The position numbers were made by a program, and so were the translations under genes. DNA of 64,000 bases, taken from contig DATJXA010000032.1 in the NCBI GenBank assembly GCA_035500675.1, positions 1,021 through 65,020 of the forward strand, read 5' to 3'. Within the stretch, counting starts at the first letter, position 1. Every line of letters starts with the position of its first letter. This document shows positions 27,714 to 38,303 of this stretch, one piece after another. The DNA is from Bacteroidota bacterium. Lineage in GTDB: Bacteria; Bacteroidota; Ignavibacteria; UBA10030; UBA8401. A model generated the notes under the pieces. That model was not told the origin of the DNA, searched no databases, and saw only the letters and a program-made list of their open reading frames with translations.

Positions 27714-29804
27714 ATGCCGTTACGTGTACAACGATACATTGCGTTGAGTATTTTTGTCTCTCAACTTGCATTCTCTCAGAGTAACGCTCAGAGATGCTGG
27801 ATCTATTTTCGTGACAAAGATGTGAGCTCGCGGCAACTCCTGTCAAAGAGCGCATCGATGAATAACGTTGCCAGTGCATTCGGAATATCTCCGCGCGCGA
27901 TGGCTCGCCGGGCAAAAGTGCTCCCGCCTAACCGCCTCATCACCGACGAAGACGTGCCGGTTTCTCGTGCTTACCTCAGCCAACTCGCTAGTATGGGAAT
28001 ATCCGTGCTGAATACGTCGCGGTGGTTTAACGCTGCCTCCGCAATCTTAACGCCTTCACAGCGAGCGAGTGTCCTGTCGCTCCCCTTTGTGGACCATATC
28101 GATCCGGTCCGGTCTTTCAGGCGGTCGGCTCCAATCCAATCGGAGATATTTTCCTTACGAAAAGCTGCATCATTATTGGTGCAGCCGCTCCATGATTACG
28201 GCCCGTCTTTCACACAACTCGATCAAATCAAGGTCGTGGATATCCACAACCTACGGATTACCGGGAGGGGCGTGCTTGTGGGAATGCTCGACGACGGGTT
28301 TCGGTGGAAGGTTCACGAGGCGACAAAGAATATGAATGTGATTGCAGAGTACGACTTTATACAACACGACTCCGTAACTGCGGATGAGCCGGGCAAAACT
28401 CCAGTCGATGTTCCATTGCAAGACGAACACGGTACTATCACCCTCTCTACTGTCGGAGGCCATTTTGAAGGACAGCTTGTGAGCCCCGCCTTCGAGTCTG
28501 ACTTCATTCTTTCAAAAACAGAATACTATCCTTCCGAGACGAATATTGAGGAAGACAATTGGGTCGCGGGAATCGAATGGGAAGAGCTCAACGGCGCGGA
28601 TGTCGTCAGCAGTTCGCTCGGTTACAGCGAGTTCGATGCGACGGACTCAAATGGGGTCCCGCAGCATAGTTATACATATGCCGATATGAATGGACGCACT
28701 GCGACAACGTCGAAGGCGGCGGTGCTTGCAGCCCGGAGAGGCGTCGTTGTATGCAGCGCAATGGGAAACGAAGGGCTTTCGTCGTGGCACTATCTTACTT
28801 CTCCAGCGGATGCCGACAGTATCATTTCCGTGGGAGCCGCCAGCTCGACAGGAACAATCGCAAAATTTAGCTCGGTTGGTCCTACCTCAGACGGGAGAAC
28901 AAAACCCGATGTTCTTGCTCAAGGCATTGATACGTACGCGGCCGATACGGATCCATCGGCAAATCCGGGGGTTGGGGATCTTTATGACTTTTTTAGCGGC
29001 ACATCTCTTTCAACGCCGCTTGTCGCGGGAGCCGCCGCGCTCATTCTTTCCGTCCATCCCGAGCTCACGCCGATCCAAGTGCGGGATGCGCTAAGAAATA
29101 CGGCGAGCAACGCATCCTCCCCGAACGATACCCTTGGCTGGGGGGTGATCAATGCATACCAAGCAATGTTGTATTATGGAATGGTCTTGAGCACGGACCC
29201 GGATGTTACCACGAATAGTGACGGTAATACGAATGTCGCTGTCTTCGTTGTCTCGAATTCGGTCGTCAAAAAAGACTCGGTGAAACTATTCTATTCCACC
29301 GATAACGGCGCATCTTTTACATCCGCTCCGATGACCCTCGGCGAATTGGTCGATTCATCGAAAAATGCCGGAGAGTATACCGGCATCATCCCGAAACAAT
29401 CCGGCGGCTCTAGTGTGAAGTTCTATGTTTCGGCTGTCGACGCAACAAATTTGCCGCGCACAACTCCGTATGGCGCCCCCGCAAATCTGTTCGACGTAAG
29501 CAAAGAATTGACCGGGGTGAAAACGTCGGTCGTCCCGACCGGCTTTGTGTTGTATCAAAATTTCCCCAACCCGTTTAATTCATCGACGTTGATCCAGTAC
29601 TCCCTTGCCCGTTCAAACTTTACCACGCTGAAGGTGTACGATCTTTTGGGACGGGAGGTCGTCACGCTGGTGAACGAATATGAAATTGCGGGAACGCAAA
29701 AATCTATTCGCTTCGACGGAGCGGGGCTCGCAAGCGGAGTATACTTCTACCGGTTGAGGTCGGGGGGGTTCAGCGCGGTGAAAAAATTTGTGTTATTGAA
29801 ATAA
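27714..29804 (+). CDS. Subtilisin-like S8 serine peptidase with a T9SS C-terminal sorting domain
   Basis: Signal peptide, Asp (VGMLDDGF), His (DEHGT) and Ser (GTSLSTP) catalytic motifs. The C-terminal ~85 aa (LYQNFPNPFNSSTLIQYSL…GVYFYRL…) match the Por/T9SS CTD. Confidence 0.85.
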   Translation: MPLRVQRYIALSIFVSQLAFSQSNAQRCWIYFRDKDVSSRQLLSKSASMNNVASAFGISPRAMARRAKVLPPNRLITDEDVPVSRAYLSQLASMGISVLNTSRWFNAASAILTPSQRASVLSLPFVDHIDPVRSFRRSAPIQSEIFSLRKAASLLVQPLHDYGPSFTQLDQIKVVDIHNLRITGRGVLVGMLDDGFRWKVHEATKNMNVIAEYDFIQHDSVTADEPGKTPVDVPLQDEHGTITLSTVGGHFEGQLVSPAFESDFILSKTEYYPSETNIEEDNWVAGIEWEELNGADVVSSSLGYSEFDATDSNGVPQHSYTYADMNGRTATTSKAAVLAARRGVVVCSAMGNEGLSSWHYLTSPADADSIISVGAASSTGTIAKFSSVGPTSDGRTKPDVLAQGIDTYAADTDPSANPGVGDLYDFFSGTSLSTPLVAGAAALILSVHPELTPIQVRDALRNTASNASSPNDTLGWGVINAYQAMLYYGMVLSTDPDVTTNSDGNTNVAVFVVSNSVVKKDSVKLFYSTDNGASFTSAPMTLGELVDSSKNAGEYTGIIPKQSGGSSVKFYVSAVDATNLPRTTPYGAPANLFDVSKELTGVKTSVVPTGFVLYQNFPNPFNSSTLIQYSLARSNFTTLKVYDLLGREVVTLVNEYEIAGTQKSIRFDGAGLASGVYFYRLRSGGFSAVKKFVLLK

Positions 29805-30062
29805 CGGCTGACAACATCATGGGGCAAAGTTTCTAACGGAACGCAGGATGTTATTTACCTTCGTTGCTTGTTCCTCTAGTTTTCAGTAATTTGCTGTACG
29901 GGGTTGGCTGGGGTCTACGCTTAACACTCACATCTTGCCTTGCTTCCCATCCGAACCTGACGAGAAATACATTGTTCTAATTCCCTGCAAGATGCTTGGA
30001 TCGTCCTAACCGATTTAATGATTTAGGTCCATCGGATCGCTTTCCGGAAGGAGTCCTCAATC

Positions 30063-33000
30063 ATGAGAATGCTTATTGCTTTCATCGCCCTCGGAATACC
30101 ACCTGTTGTTTTTTCGCAACAAGAAATCCAACAGTCTATTCCCCTGCAAAAATCTCCAATTACAAAGCAGTCCCCCGCTTCTCCAACGCAGCTAAATCGT
30201 ATATCGACAAAAGAATGGAAGTTCTTCGATGCAAATACAATACAATGTACAATAAACAGCGCTGGTCCCTATTGCGATTATTTAAAAACGGGTAATGGAG
30301 GATTGACATGGCCAAAAGGGAGCAACACTACTGCAGTTTTCACTGCGGGCATTTGGGTCACCGGAATTCATCAGCCTACAGACAGCTTAAGGACTGCAGT
30401 GCAGGACTATTTTAGCGAATTTCAACCGGGACCAATAGTCTCGACCTTTAACACGACCACTAATTCTCCGGCTGCGGCAGGAAATCCGAACGATCCCAGG
30501 TACCACATCTATAAAATACAAAAGGGGGACGTGAATCTTCCCACTTCAGCACGCAATCCGGACTATGACAATTGGCCGGGCGATCTCGGTGCGCCATATA
30601 TCGATGTTAATGGCAATGGTAAGTGGGATCAGGGCGTTGATAAACCAAAGCTCTATGGCGACCAGGAATTGTGGTGCGTCTACAACGATGTAAGCGAAAG
30701 CAACCACATGCAGGTGGGCGAAACCGCTCCAATGGGAATAGAGGTACAGGCGACGTATTTCGGGTTTAGTTCTGCCCTTACCAATATTATGTATGTTCGA
30801 TGGAAATTCATTAACAAAAGCGACGCCGATTATGACAGCGTTTTTGTTTCGCTCTGGTCGGACACGGATCTGGGGGACGCGAACGACGATTTAATTGCAT
30901 GCGACACAGTCCGTCAGCTAACCTATGTGTACAACGGCGACAACAACGATGGGGGCTCAAATGGTTACGCGAGTAGGCCGCCATCGGACGGATTTGTCTT
31001 GCTTGAGGGGCCAAAAGTTTCAGGCACGCCAGTTGACAGCGCGCTTATGGAAGGCGTGTGGAGAAAGGGGTATAGAAATTTGAGCGCAGTTTCGCACGTA
31101 CCTTTTTTTAACGGACCCCAACAGTACGAGGATCCCCCTTTTCAGGCTCCTGCGTTTGCAAGGGTTGCGCACGCCTATCAAAGCGGGATCTCCGGCTACA
31201 CGCTTCTTCCTTTTACAGATCCGACAAATTCTAACAGAGTGACCAAGTTTGTTTTTCCCGGAGACCCTGTCACCGAAACAGGATGGACGATGACAAAAAA
31301 CGGAGTTAATCCTCAAGATGTGCGTGGCATGATTTCCGTTGGCCCCTTTACCCTCGCGAAAGGAGACACCCAGGAAATTGTCGGCGAGTTTGCAATCGCA
31401 CAGGGATCGGACCGCCTCAACAGCATCGTTCTGCTTCGGCAATCCGTGGACGTCGCCCGAAAAGCATTTATCAATAATTTTGCGACTCTCCCTTCCGTTT
31501 CGGCGACGGTCGATACCAATATGATGAACCCTCAGATTTCTATCATTTGCGCAACGAATGACCACGATGCGCAATCGGTCGCCGTCACCTTAAGGAAGAG
31601 AGACGGCTCGGTGTTTGCACAAGCAAATCTTTTTGATGATGGAAATCACGGAGATGGGGCCGCCGGCGATAAGATCTTCGGCAACACGATCTCCGTGACT
31701 CCGCAGAATCAAAGCCTTGCCGTTGACGTTGCCATTACTCTTGACAACAGCGAAACCGATGTTTGGCAAGATATGGCCAATATCACAACAACGCGGTTGG
31801 CATATTCGAACCCCGTAATTTTATCGGACAATCTGAACGAAAACGGGATGGTGAATCCAGGGGAGAACGTGCGGTTCAACGTCACCTTGGCCAACCCGTA
31901 CTCGTTTCCGCTGGGAGGCATCAGCCTTAAAGCGAGCACTCCCTTTACGCAGACGACGGTTTCCGTTCCTCTGTTGCAGGCAAATTCACAATTCACACCG
32001 GTCTATAATCCTCTCGATACCAATACGTTCCTCGACTTCACACTCCCTTCAAATTTTTCTTCAAGCGAAATCGTGGTTCAGCTTTCTCTTAGCGATACCG
32101 CGGGGAACGAGTGGAGCGATTCGGTGACATTTCCTGTTTTTCCCCTTGTCCGAGAGGATGCTGTGATTCAGCGACTTCGAGGACACAGCGACGTGATGCC
32201 TTCGGTCATCATCACGGACAAACCAGCAACAGAAAACAAGAACTACGTCATCTATGGAGTTGATTCTGCCGACGCAAACGCTACTCCGGGGTACAGCGTC
32301 AAAGATTCCCTGACCGGAAGTCTCGTCATACAGCAAGTTCCTTTGACGGAAGCCGAATTCCTCGGGCATGGTTCTCTGCCGGTTGACGGATTCAAAGTCA
32401 ATTGGGAAGGAACGTATACTCGTGATCTTACGCCGCAGATGCCGACCTATGCCTCGTCGAGCCTGGCGAACTTTCCGTGGTTTGCATCAAGCTCCCCACG
32501 CGATTCATCTTTTGCGTATACGGGAAAACAGTTCCCATCCGGCCTTGCCGGCGCGACGGGGAGCAGTCTGAACGCCGGAGATTTTAGGAATGTTCTCGTC
32601 CATTTTTCTACGATCAACGGGTACACGGATCTCAATGCAAACGGGGTATACGACGTCGGCGAGCCATACAGCTTCGACACGTTGAACACATCGCGCTCTC
32701 AAAAAGCATATTTTTACAGACAAGAAAACGCCATTGCACCATTCCACCTCGTGGGATATTTCAACGTTCCTCTGGCTGCCTACGATGTGACATCCGATCC
32801 TCCGAGACAACTTAGTTTAGTCGTCATCGATAAAGACAAGAACAATCAATGGGATGTGGATGTAGACGCTTCCGGAAAATTTAACAACTTCATCTATGTT
32901 TTGCCGGACACATACGACCCATCGGGCAAAACTTATGACTCTACTAAAGGGGGGATAGATCTAGGCAATGCATTGCGACTTCACCTTCCAATACCGAGCT

Positions 33001-33431
33001 ATTGGATGCTCTGGATGATGACTGACGGCATTCATACTCCGTATAGCGCGGCAGGCGATTGCAATCTCAACGTATTGCTCCCCTTGACTTCACGCGACGC
33101 TTTTTTGTTCAATCCAACCACAACAACTGGGGTTCCATCCTCCAGCCTCCCATCCGGGTTTGCATTGCAACAATGTTATCCTAACCCGTTTAATCCATCG
33201 ACAACAATATTGTATTCTCTTGAGAAAGCGGTAAATGTGAAACTTTTACTGTATAATGTACTTGGCCAGCGTGTGAAAACCCTTGTCGACGAAAAGCAAT
33301 TGAGCGGAGAACATATCGCGGTGTGGGACGGCACGGATCGCCTGGGACAGAAGGTTGCCTCGGGTGTCTATTTTTATAGGCTGGAGGCCGGCCCTTTTGT
33401 CTCAACGAAGAAAATGATATTGATCAAATAA
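30063..33431 (+). CDS. 1122-aa secreted protein of unknown function carrying a T9SS C-terminal sorting domain
   Basis: GGAAGGAG RBS and signal peptide MRMLIAFIALGIPPVVFSQ. I recognised no catalytic motif. The C-terminus (QQCYPNPFNPSTTILYSL…GVYFYRL…KKMILIK) is a T9SS CTD. Confidence 0.7.
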   Translation: MRMLIAFIALGIPPVVFSQQEIQQSIPLQKSPITKQSPASPTQLNRISTKEWKFFDANTIQCTINSAGPYCDYLKTGNGGLTWPKGSNTTAVFTAGIWVTGIHQPTDSLRTAVQDYFSEFQPGPIVSTFNTTTNSPAAAGNPNDPRYHIYKIQKGDVNLPTSARNPDYDNWPGDLGAPYIDVNGNGKWDQGVDKPKLYGDQELWCVYNDVSESNHMQVGETAPMGIEVQATYFGFSSALTNIMYVRWKFINKSDADYDSVFVSLWSDTDLGDANDDLIACDTVRQLTYVYNGDNNDGGSNGYASRPPSDGFVLLEGPKVSGTPVDSALMEGVWRKGYRNLSAVSHVPFFNGPQQYEDPPFQAPAFARVAHAYQSGISGYTLLPFTDPTNSNRVTKFVFPGDPVTETGWTMTKNGVNPQDVRGMISVGPFTLAKGDTQEIVGEFAIAQGSDRLNSIVLLRQSVDVARKAFINNFATLPSVSATVDTNMMNPQISIICATNDHDAQSVAVTLRKRDGSVFAQANLFDDGNHGDGAAGDKIFGNTISVTPQNQSLAVDVAITLDNSETDVWQDMANITTTRLAYSNPVILSDNLNENGMVNPGENVRFNVTLANPYSFPLGGISLKASTPFTQTTVSVPLLQANSQFTPVYNPLDTNTFLDFTLPSNFSSSEIVVQLSLSDTAGNEWSDSVTFPVFPLVREDAVIQRLRGHSDVMPSVIITDKPATENKNYVIYGVDSADANATPGYSVKDSLTGSLVIQQVPLTEAEFLGHGSLPVDGFKVNWEGTYTRDLTPQMPTYASSSLANFPWFASSSPRDSSFAYTGKQFPSGLAGATGSSLNAGDFRNVLVHFSTINGYTDLNANGVYDVGEPYSFDTLNTSRSQKAYFYRQENAIAPFHLVGYFNVPLAAYDVTSDPPRQLSLVVIDKDKNNQWDVDVDASGKFNNFIYVLPDTYDPSGKTYDSTKGGIDLGNALRLHLPIPSYWMLWMMTDGIHTPYSAAGDCNLNVLLPLTSRDAFLFNPTTTTGVPSSSLPSGFALQQCYPNPFNPSTTILYSLEKAVNVKLLLYNVLGQRVKTLVDEKQLSGEHIAVWDGTDRLGQKVASGVYFYRLEAGPFVSTKKMILIK

Positions 33432-33434
33432 GTT

Positions 33435-35597
33435 TTGTCCATCATTATTCAAATTCCGTGGCTCATTCTTTGTCTGGCGGCCTTTCTATGTGCCGCCATT
33501 TCTTATTTCGTCTATCGCTACACGGTGCCGCCAGTCGGCCGCGGCAGGCGCCTTACGCTCAGCGGCCTCCGGGGGGTTGCCCTCACTCTCATCGTGTTCG
33601 CAATGTGTGAGCCTCTCTTCAGGTTCACTCGCTCCTCGACATTGAAACCTGTTATCGCCGTCCTCATGGATAATTCCCTCAGCATGTCCCTCACGGACGA
33701 TAACGGAAACCGCGAGCAGATGGCCCGGTCTCTTATTTCGGATAACTCGTTGAAAGAGTTATCGGGTGCCGCTCGCTTTGATTTTTTTTCAATTTCCCCA
33801 TCGCTTCATGCGATAAATAAGGATTCGCTCCGCTTCAACGGCGCGACCACGGACATCGCTTCCGCTCTTCATGACTTGAACAATGCGTCGTTGCCGCAGC
33901 TCAAGGCAGTCATCCTCGTCAGCGACGGAGAATTCAACTCGGGTGAAAACCCGTTATACGAAGCCGAGGGGTTCGGACTGCCGATATTTACCGTCGGCAT
34001 AGGCGACTCCCTCGACCAAAGGGACGTGGCGATCCAAAAGTTAGCGACAAATTCTGTCGCCTATATGCAGTCTTCCGTTCCCGTCGACGCAACTGTCAAA
34101 ATCTCCGGATACGAGAATCGGAAAATTCCCGTGACGTTATCCGAAGAAGGAAGGGTCATCGGGCGGCAGGAAATTACGGTGCCGCCGTCTGCCAAAGGTC
34201 GAACCGGGGAATATGCCGTCCATTTTTCTTTCGTGCCCACCACCGCCGGAGTAAAAAAATATTCAGTGAGCATTCCAACCCAGGGGGGCGAAGTTACCGG
34301 AAAAAATAATACGAGGTCGGCGATAATAAAAATCCTTAAAAACAAAATGCAGGTGTTTGTCGTTGCCGGCGCGCCGAGTCCGGATGTTGCCGCCGTCATG
34401 CAGGCACTGCATGCGGACCCTAATATTCAGGCAACGCTGGCTGTTCAGCGGCCCGATGGACTTTTCGCGCAGAAACAACTTTCGAATTTCGAAGCACTTT
34501 CTTCTGCGGATTGCATTGTCCTTGTCGGCTTTCCCACAGAAACCTCGACAGAGTCGTCGGTCGGGTCGATCATCCAACCGCTCAGGTCGAAGGGAATTCC
34601 TCTTCTTTTCGTCATGTCCAGAACTTTGAGTCTCTCGAAGCTCCGTCGGTTGGACTCTTTTCTGCCTTTTAATGTTACAGGGGATGTCATCGATGAGCAA
34701 ACAGTTTTTCCGAATATCGCGCCTTTAGAGCAGAACAACGTCCTTGTCCAGGCCGGTGAAAATGTTCTGTTCGATTGGAGCAAACTGCCACCCGTTTACT
34801 CATCGCTTGGAGTTTTCGCGGCGAAGCCCGAAGCGATCACATTAGCCACGACAAAGATCCAGGGAGTGGCGATCAATAACCCGCTGCTCGTGGCAAGAAA
34901 TATTCTTCACTCGAAAACGTTCGCGATACTTGGCTATGGCGTATGGCGATGGAAACTCTTGGCGGGGGCGAGTCCTGAAACCGAAAATTTTTTTGACCCA
35001 TGGATGTCGAATGTTGTACGGTGGCTTGTCACACGGGATGACGATCAACACGTTCGCATAAACACTTCAAAAGAAGTTTTTTCGCAGGGAGAGCCGATCG
35101 ATTTTCTCGGGCAGGTCTATGATGACGACTACCGCCCTGTTGACAATGCGGAGGTTCGCGTCGATATTGTATCGCTCTCGACCAAGCAGCACTTCGAAAT
35201 CATTCTCCATCTGCTCGACAACGGCCGCTACGAAGGACAAGCCGAAACGTTGCCCGAAGGAGAGTATGCGTTCCATGCATCAGCAAAAACGGGGGGCATC
35301 GAGCTGGGAAAAACCGAGGGACGTTTTTCTGTAGGAGAAGAGTCGATCGAATTTTTCGATACGAAAATGAATAAGCCGCTGCTTCAGCAAATTGCATCCG
35401 TTTCGGGGGGCAAATATGCCGACGGCGATCAATTTCCAGCGTTAGTCCATGATATTGAAAAATTGCCGCTTATGAAGCCTGAGCGTCAGTTGGCAACAAA
35501 TGAATTTGAATTGTGGAACCTTCCACTCCTTCTCTCGGTTATTGTTGCGTTGTTTGGCGTCGAATGGTTTGTGAGGAAACGGAGCGGGATGCTGTGA
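33435..35597 (+). CDS. BatA-like membrane protein with an N-terminal double-TM domain and a VWA domain
   Basis: TTG start. Two N-terminal TM helices, a VWA region with MIDAS-like D-x-S-x-S (VLMDNSLSMS…VILVSDGEFNSG) and a C-terminal TM (LWNLPLLLSVIVALFGVEWFV). The start codon is uncertain. Confidence 0.55.
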   Translation: MSIIIQIPWLILCLAAFLCAAISYFVYRYTVPPVGRGRRLTLSGLRGVALTLIVFAMCEPLFRFTRSSTLKPVIAVLMDNSLSMSLTDDNGNREQMARSLISDNSLKELSGAARFDFFSISPSLHAINKDSLRFNGATTDIASALHDLNNASLPQLKAVILVSDGEFNSGENPLYEAEGFGLPIFTVGIGDSLDQRDVAIQKLATNSVAYMQSSVPVDATVKISGYENRKIPVTLSEEGRVIGRQEITVPPSAKGRTGEYAVHFSFVPTTAGVKKYSVSIPTQGGEVTGKNNTRSAIIKILKNKMQVFVVAGAPSPDVAAVMQALHADPNIQATLAVQRPDGLFAQKQLSNFEALSSADCIVLVGFPTETSTESSVGSIIQPLRSKGIPLLFVMSRTLSLSKLRRLDSFLPFNVTGDVIDEQTVFPNIAPLEQNNVLVQAGENVLFDWSKLPPVYSSLGVFAAKPEAITLATTKIQGVAINNPLLVARNILHSKTFAILGYGVWRWKLLAGASPETENFFDPWMSNVVRWLVTRDDDQHVRINTSKEVFSQGEPIDFLGQVYDDDYRPVDNAEVRVDIVSLSTKQHFEIILHLLDNGRYEGQAETLPEGEYAFHASAKTGGIELGKTEGRFSVGEESIEFFDTKMNKPLLQQIASVSGGKYADGDQFPALVHDIEKLPLMKPERQLATNEFELWNLPLLLSVIVALFGVEWFVRKRSGML

Positions 35598-35608
35598 GAG
35601 GTGTGAGA

Positions 35609-35641
35609 ACCGTTAAAACTGTAAAGCGAACGGTTTTTTTA
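35609..35641 (+). terminator. Rho-independent terminator after the VWA membrane protein gene
   Basis: GAACCGTT-AAAACTGTAAAGCG-AACGGTT followed by TTTTTTT. Confidence 0.6.
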
Positions 35642-35765
35642 TATTTCCCATCTAGCGTACACAGGGTAGGTCCATTTGAAATTTTGAACTGTAATTTTTC
35701 CCTTTGCGCTTTTCACCTTTAACTTATTTTATCATACGGCGCATTCTCTGTCATCACAAACGCCA

Positions 35766-36134
35766 ATGTCAAAACTTTTTTTCCTTTTCGCTTGTGGGTT
35801 CTCTCTGTTAGGTGTAGCCTTCGGCGCGTTCGGGGCACACGCCTTAAAGGATAAGCTCACTCCCGAAATGCACCAAGTTTTCGAAACAGCGGTCCGATAT
35901 CAAATGTATCATGCGTTCGCTCTGTTTATCGTTGCATGGGCGCTTCATACGTGGAACATCGGCGCCGCGTCAGGCTGGTGGTTTACTGCAGGAATCGTTT
36001 TTTTCTCGGGAAGCCTGTATGCGTTAGCTCTCAGCGGAACTCTTTGGCTGGGAGCGATAACTCCTGTTGGAGGGATCTGCTTTTTGATCGGCTGGTTTTG
36101 GCTGGCTTGGGGGGTATGGAAAAGCATTCAATAG
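35766..36134 (+). CDS. DUF423-family small membrane protein
   Basis: 122 aa with 4 TM helices and a GAFGAHAL motif. Confidence 0.7.
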   Translation: MSKLFFLFACGFSLLGVAFGAFGAHALKDKLTPEMHQVFETAVRYQMYHAFALFIVAWALHTWNIGAASGWWFTAGIVFFSGSLYALALSGTLWLGAITPVGGICFLIGWFWLAWGVWKSIQ

Positions 36135-36192
36135 AACTATAGTCCATGAAGCAATCTTGGTTTTTATTCCAGTACAGTTAAGGAGGCCATTT

Positions 36193-37041
36193 ATGAAAAA
36201 TGTTCGCTTTGTTTTAGTTCCGGCAGCGTTGGTCATCGCGCTGGTTTCGTTTGTGAGTATCGGAACTGCGCAGCAGAAAATGTATCAGCTGAGCCCTGCT
36301 GCCTCTGTTTCGCAGACGGCTGGTGTGACGGACATTTCCGTAACCTATCATTGTCCCGGCGTTAAGGGAAGAGAAATCTGGGGTAAGCTTGTTCCGTACG
36401 ATCAAGTGTGGCGGGCGGGTGCAAACGAGGCGACAACGGTAAGCTTCAGTACGGATGTTACTGTAGGCGGAAAACAACTGAAAGCCGGGACATACGGTTT
36501 CTTTGTGATCCCAAAGCACGGGCAGTGGATAGCGATCTTCAACGCTCAACCAAAGCAATGGGGAGCTTTCAGTTATGATTCCACAAAGGATGTTGTGAGA
36601 GTACCCGTTACGCCGGAGACCATCCCAAATCAGGAACGGCTTTCATATATCTTCGCGGATATGACACCAACTTCGATAAAACTCGTGCTGCAGTGGGAAA
36701 AGGTTGCTCTCCCCGTGACCATCGACCTTAACACCGGGGCAAACCTCGCAAAGGCCGCCAAAGATGCGATCTCTATGACCTGGCAGGAATATAACAACTA
36801 CGCTCTGTTCTGTCTCGACTCAAAAATAGATTGGGACAAAGGGATGGAGGCGGTCGACAAATCGATCGCGATCGATGAAAATGCTTCTAACCTCCGGATG
36901 AAAGCCGAGCTCCTGGCTCAGGGGGGAAAAACGAAGGAAGCTATTGAGACAGCAGAAAAGGCGATAGCGGTCGGGAAAGCTGCGAGCCCGAGGTTCAACG
37001 CATCTGAAATTCAGGATCTTATTGATGGGTGGAAAAAATAA
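36193..37041 (+). CDS. DUF2911 domain-containing secreted protein
   Basis: AGGAGG RBS 7 nt before the ATG (MKNVRFVL…, signal peptide). …VPYDQVWRAGANEATTVSFSTDVTVGGKQLKAGTYGFFVIPK… matches my recollection of DUF2911. The C-terminal portion is helical/TPR-like. Confidence 0.6.
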   Translation: MKNVRFVLVPAALVIALVSFVSIGTAQQKMYQLSPAASVSQTAGVTDISVTYHCPGVKGREIWGKLVPYDQVWRAGANEATTVSFSTDVTVGGKQLKAGTYGFFVIPKHGQWIAIFNAQPKQWGAFSYDSTKDVVRVPVTPETIPNQERLSYIFADMTPTSIKLVLQWEKVALPVTIDLNTGANLAKAAKDAISMTWQEYNNYALFCLDSKIDWDKGMEAVDKSIAIDENASNLRMKAELLAQGGKTKEAIETAEKAIAVGKAASPRFNASEIQDLIDGWKK

Positions 37042-37086
37042 TAGAATTTTTCTGCGGCTCGCGGAGAGAGCGAGCCGCAGAGTTTT

Positions 37087-38073
37087 TCATGCCGCTCCAA
37101 TTACCGCATTGATCGCAACCACATTCACGATATCATCAACACTGCACCCTCGGGAAAGATCGAACGCCGGACGTTTCAACCCTTGAACGATCGGCCCAAT
37201 CGCCTCCGCTCCCCCAAGCCTTTGTGCAAGTTTATAGCCGATGTTGCCCGCATTGAGGTCGGGAAAGATAAGGACGTTTGCGCTCCCGGCGACCTCGCTC
37301 TGCGGCGCTTTTTGCTTTGCGACTGAGCCGACGATCGCTGCATCGAGTTGAAGCTCGCCGTCGAGGCATAATTGCGGCGCTTTCTTTTTTGCCAGATCAG
37401 TGGCTTGTTGTACTTTCTCCACCAGCGGATGCGATGCGCTCCCCTTCGTCGAGAACGACAACATCGCAACCCGCGGCTCCTCTCCCGTCAGCTTCTTGTG
37501 ATTCTCTGCCGTCGTGATGGCGATATCTGCAAGCTGTTCTGCCGTCGGGTCCGGAACTACGGCACAGTCTGCGAACGTATAAATGCGTGCGGGAAACACC
37601 ATCACAAAAAAGCTCGAGACAACGCTGATCCCATCCTGAACTCCGATGATCTGAAGTCCGGCGCGGAGCACATCGCCCGTGGTCGAAAGCGATCCTGCCA
37701 CACTCCCGTCCGCCATTCCCTCATGCACCATCATCGCCCCAAAAAAAAGAGGCTTCTTCATTATTTCCTGGGCCTCTGTAAATTGGATTCCCTTTGCCTT
37801 TCGCAAATTGAAATAAATATGTGAAAAGTCGGAAAGCTTATCCGACTTCGCCGGATCCATAATTCGCACTCCATTTAGCGTTACGGACAATGATTCCGCC
37901 TTTGCTCGAATTTGGACTTCGTCCCCGACAAGAACGGGAGAGGCGAGCTCCTTGTCTGCAACAATTCTCGCTGCATTGATCGCACGCGGATCCGTCGCAT
38001 CGGGTAATACGATCGTTTTATGGAGTTGCTTTGATTTCTTGTGTATCTCAGGAATAAAATTCTTTGGGTTCAT
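37087..38073 (-). CDS. pta: Phosphate acetyltransferase (phosphotransacetylase; could equally be a phosphate butyryltransferase)
   Basis: 328 aa; …[18 protein letters not shown]… and …SVVSSFFVM…[17 protein letters not shown]…[35 protein letters not shown]… are the typical motifs. Confidence 0.85.
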   Translation of the reverse strand: MNPKNFIPEIHKKSKQLHKTIVLPDATDPRAINAARIVADKELASPVLVGDEVQIRAKAESLSVTLNGVRIMDPAKSDKLSDFSHIYFNLRKAKGIQFTEAQEIMKKPLFFGAMMVHEGMADGSVAGSLSTTGDVLRAGLQIIGVQDGISVVSSFFVMVFPARIYTFADCAVVPDPTAEQLADIAITTAENHKKLTGEEPRVAMLSFSTKGSASHPLVEKVQQATDLAKKKAPQLCLDGELQLDAAIVGSVAKQKAPQSEVAGSANVLIFPDLNAGNIGYKLAQRLGGAEAIGPIVQGLKRPAFDLSRGCSVDDIVNVVAINAVIGAA

Positions 38074-38303
38074 ATTCTTGTAATAAAAGGCTTCTTAAAT
38101 TCTTGGATGAAGTTGATTACATCACAATATAGCCCAACATTTGTTGACATTCAACGAATCCGTCAAAAATGTGACGAATTGTCAATGAAATTTCTATTTT
38201 TTTCTCAAAAAAACACTGATTTCTATTAATTTTCATTAATGAACTTTTGTTCCGTTGACTATCTGTCAGGTAAAGGGTATATTTATGTTCCAGAAGCAAT
38301 GGC

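Noticed and set aside
29805-30062. 258-bp intergenic region between the two T9SS cargo genes, plus ORF 29996-30295, considered as a possible small gene or ncRNA
   Set aside because: The ORF overlaps the well-supported start (GGAAGGAG RBS plus signal peptide) of the 1122-aa gene in another frame. I saw no conserved structure or repeat in the spacer, so it is most simply a promoter/5'-UTR region.
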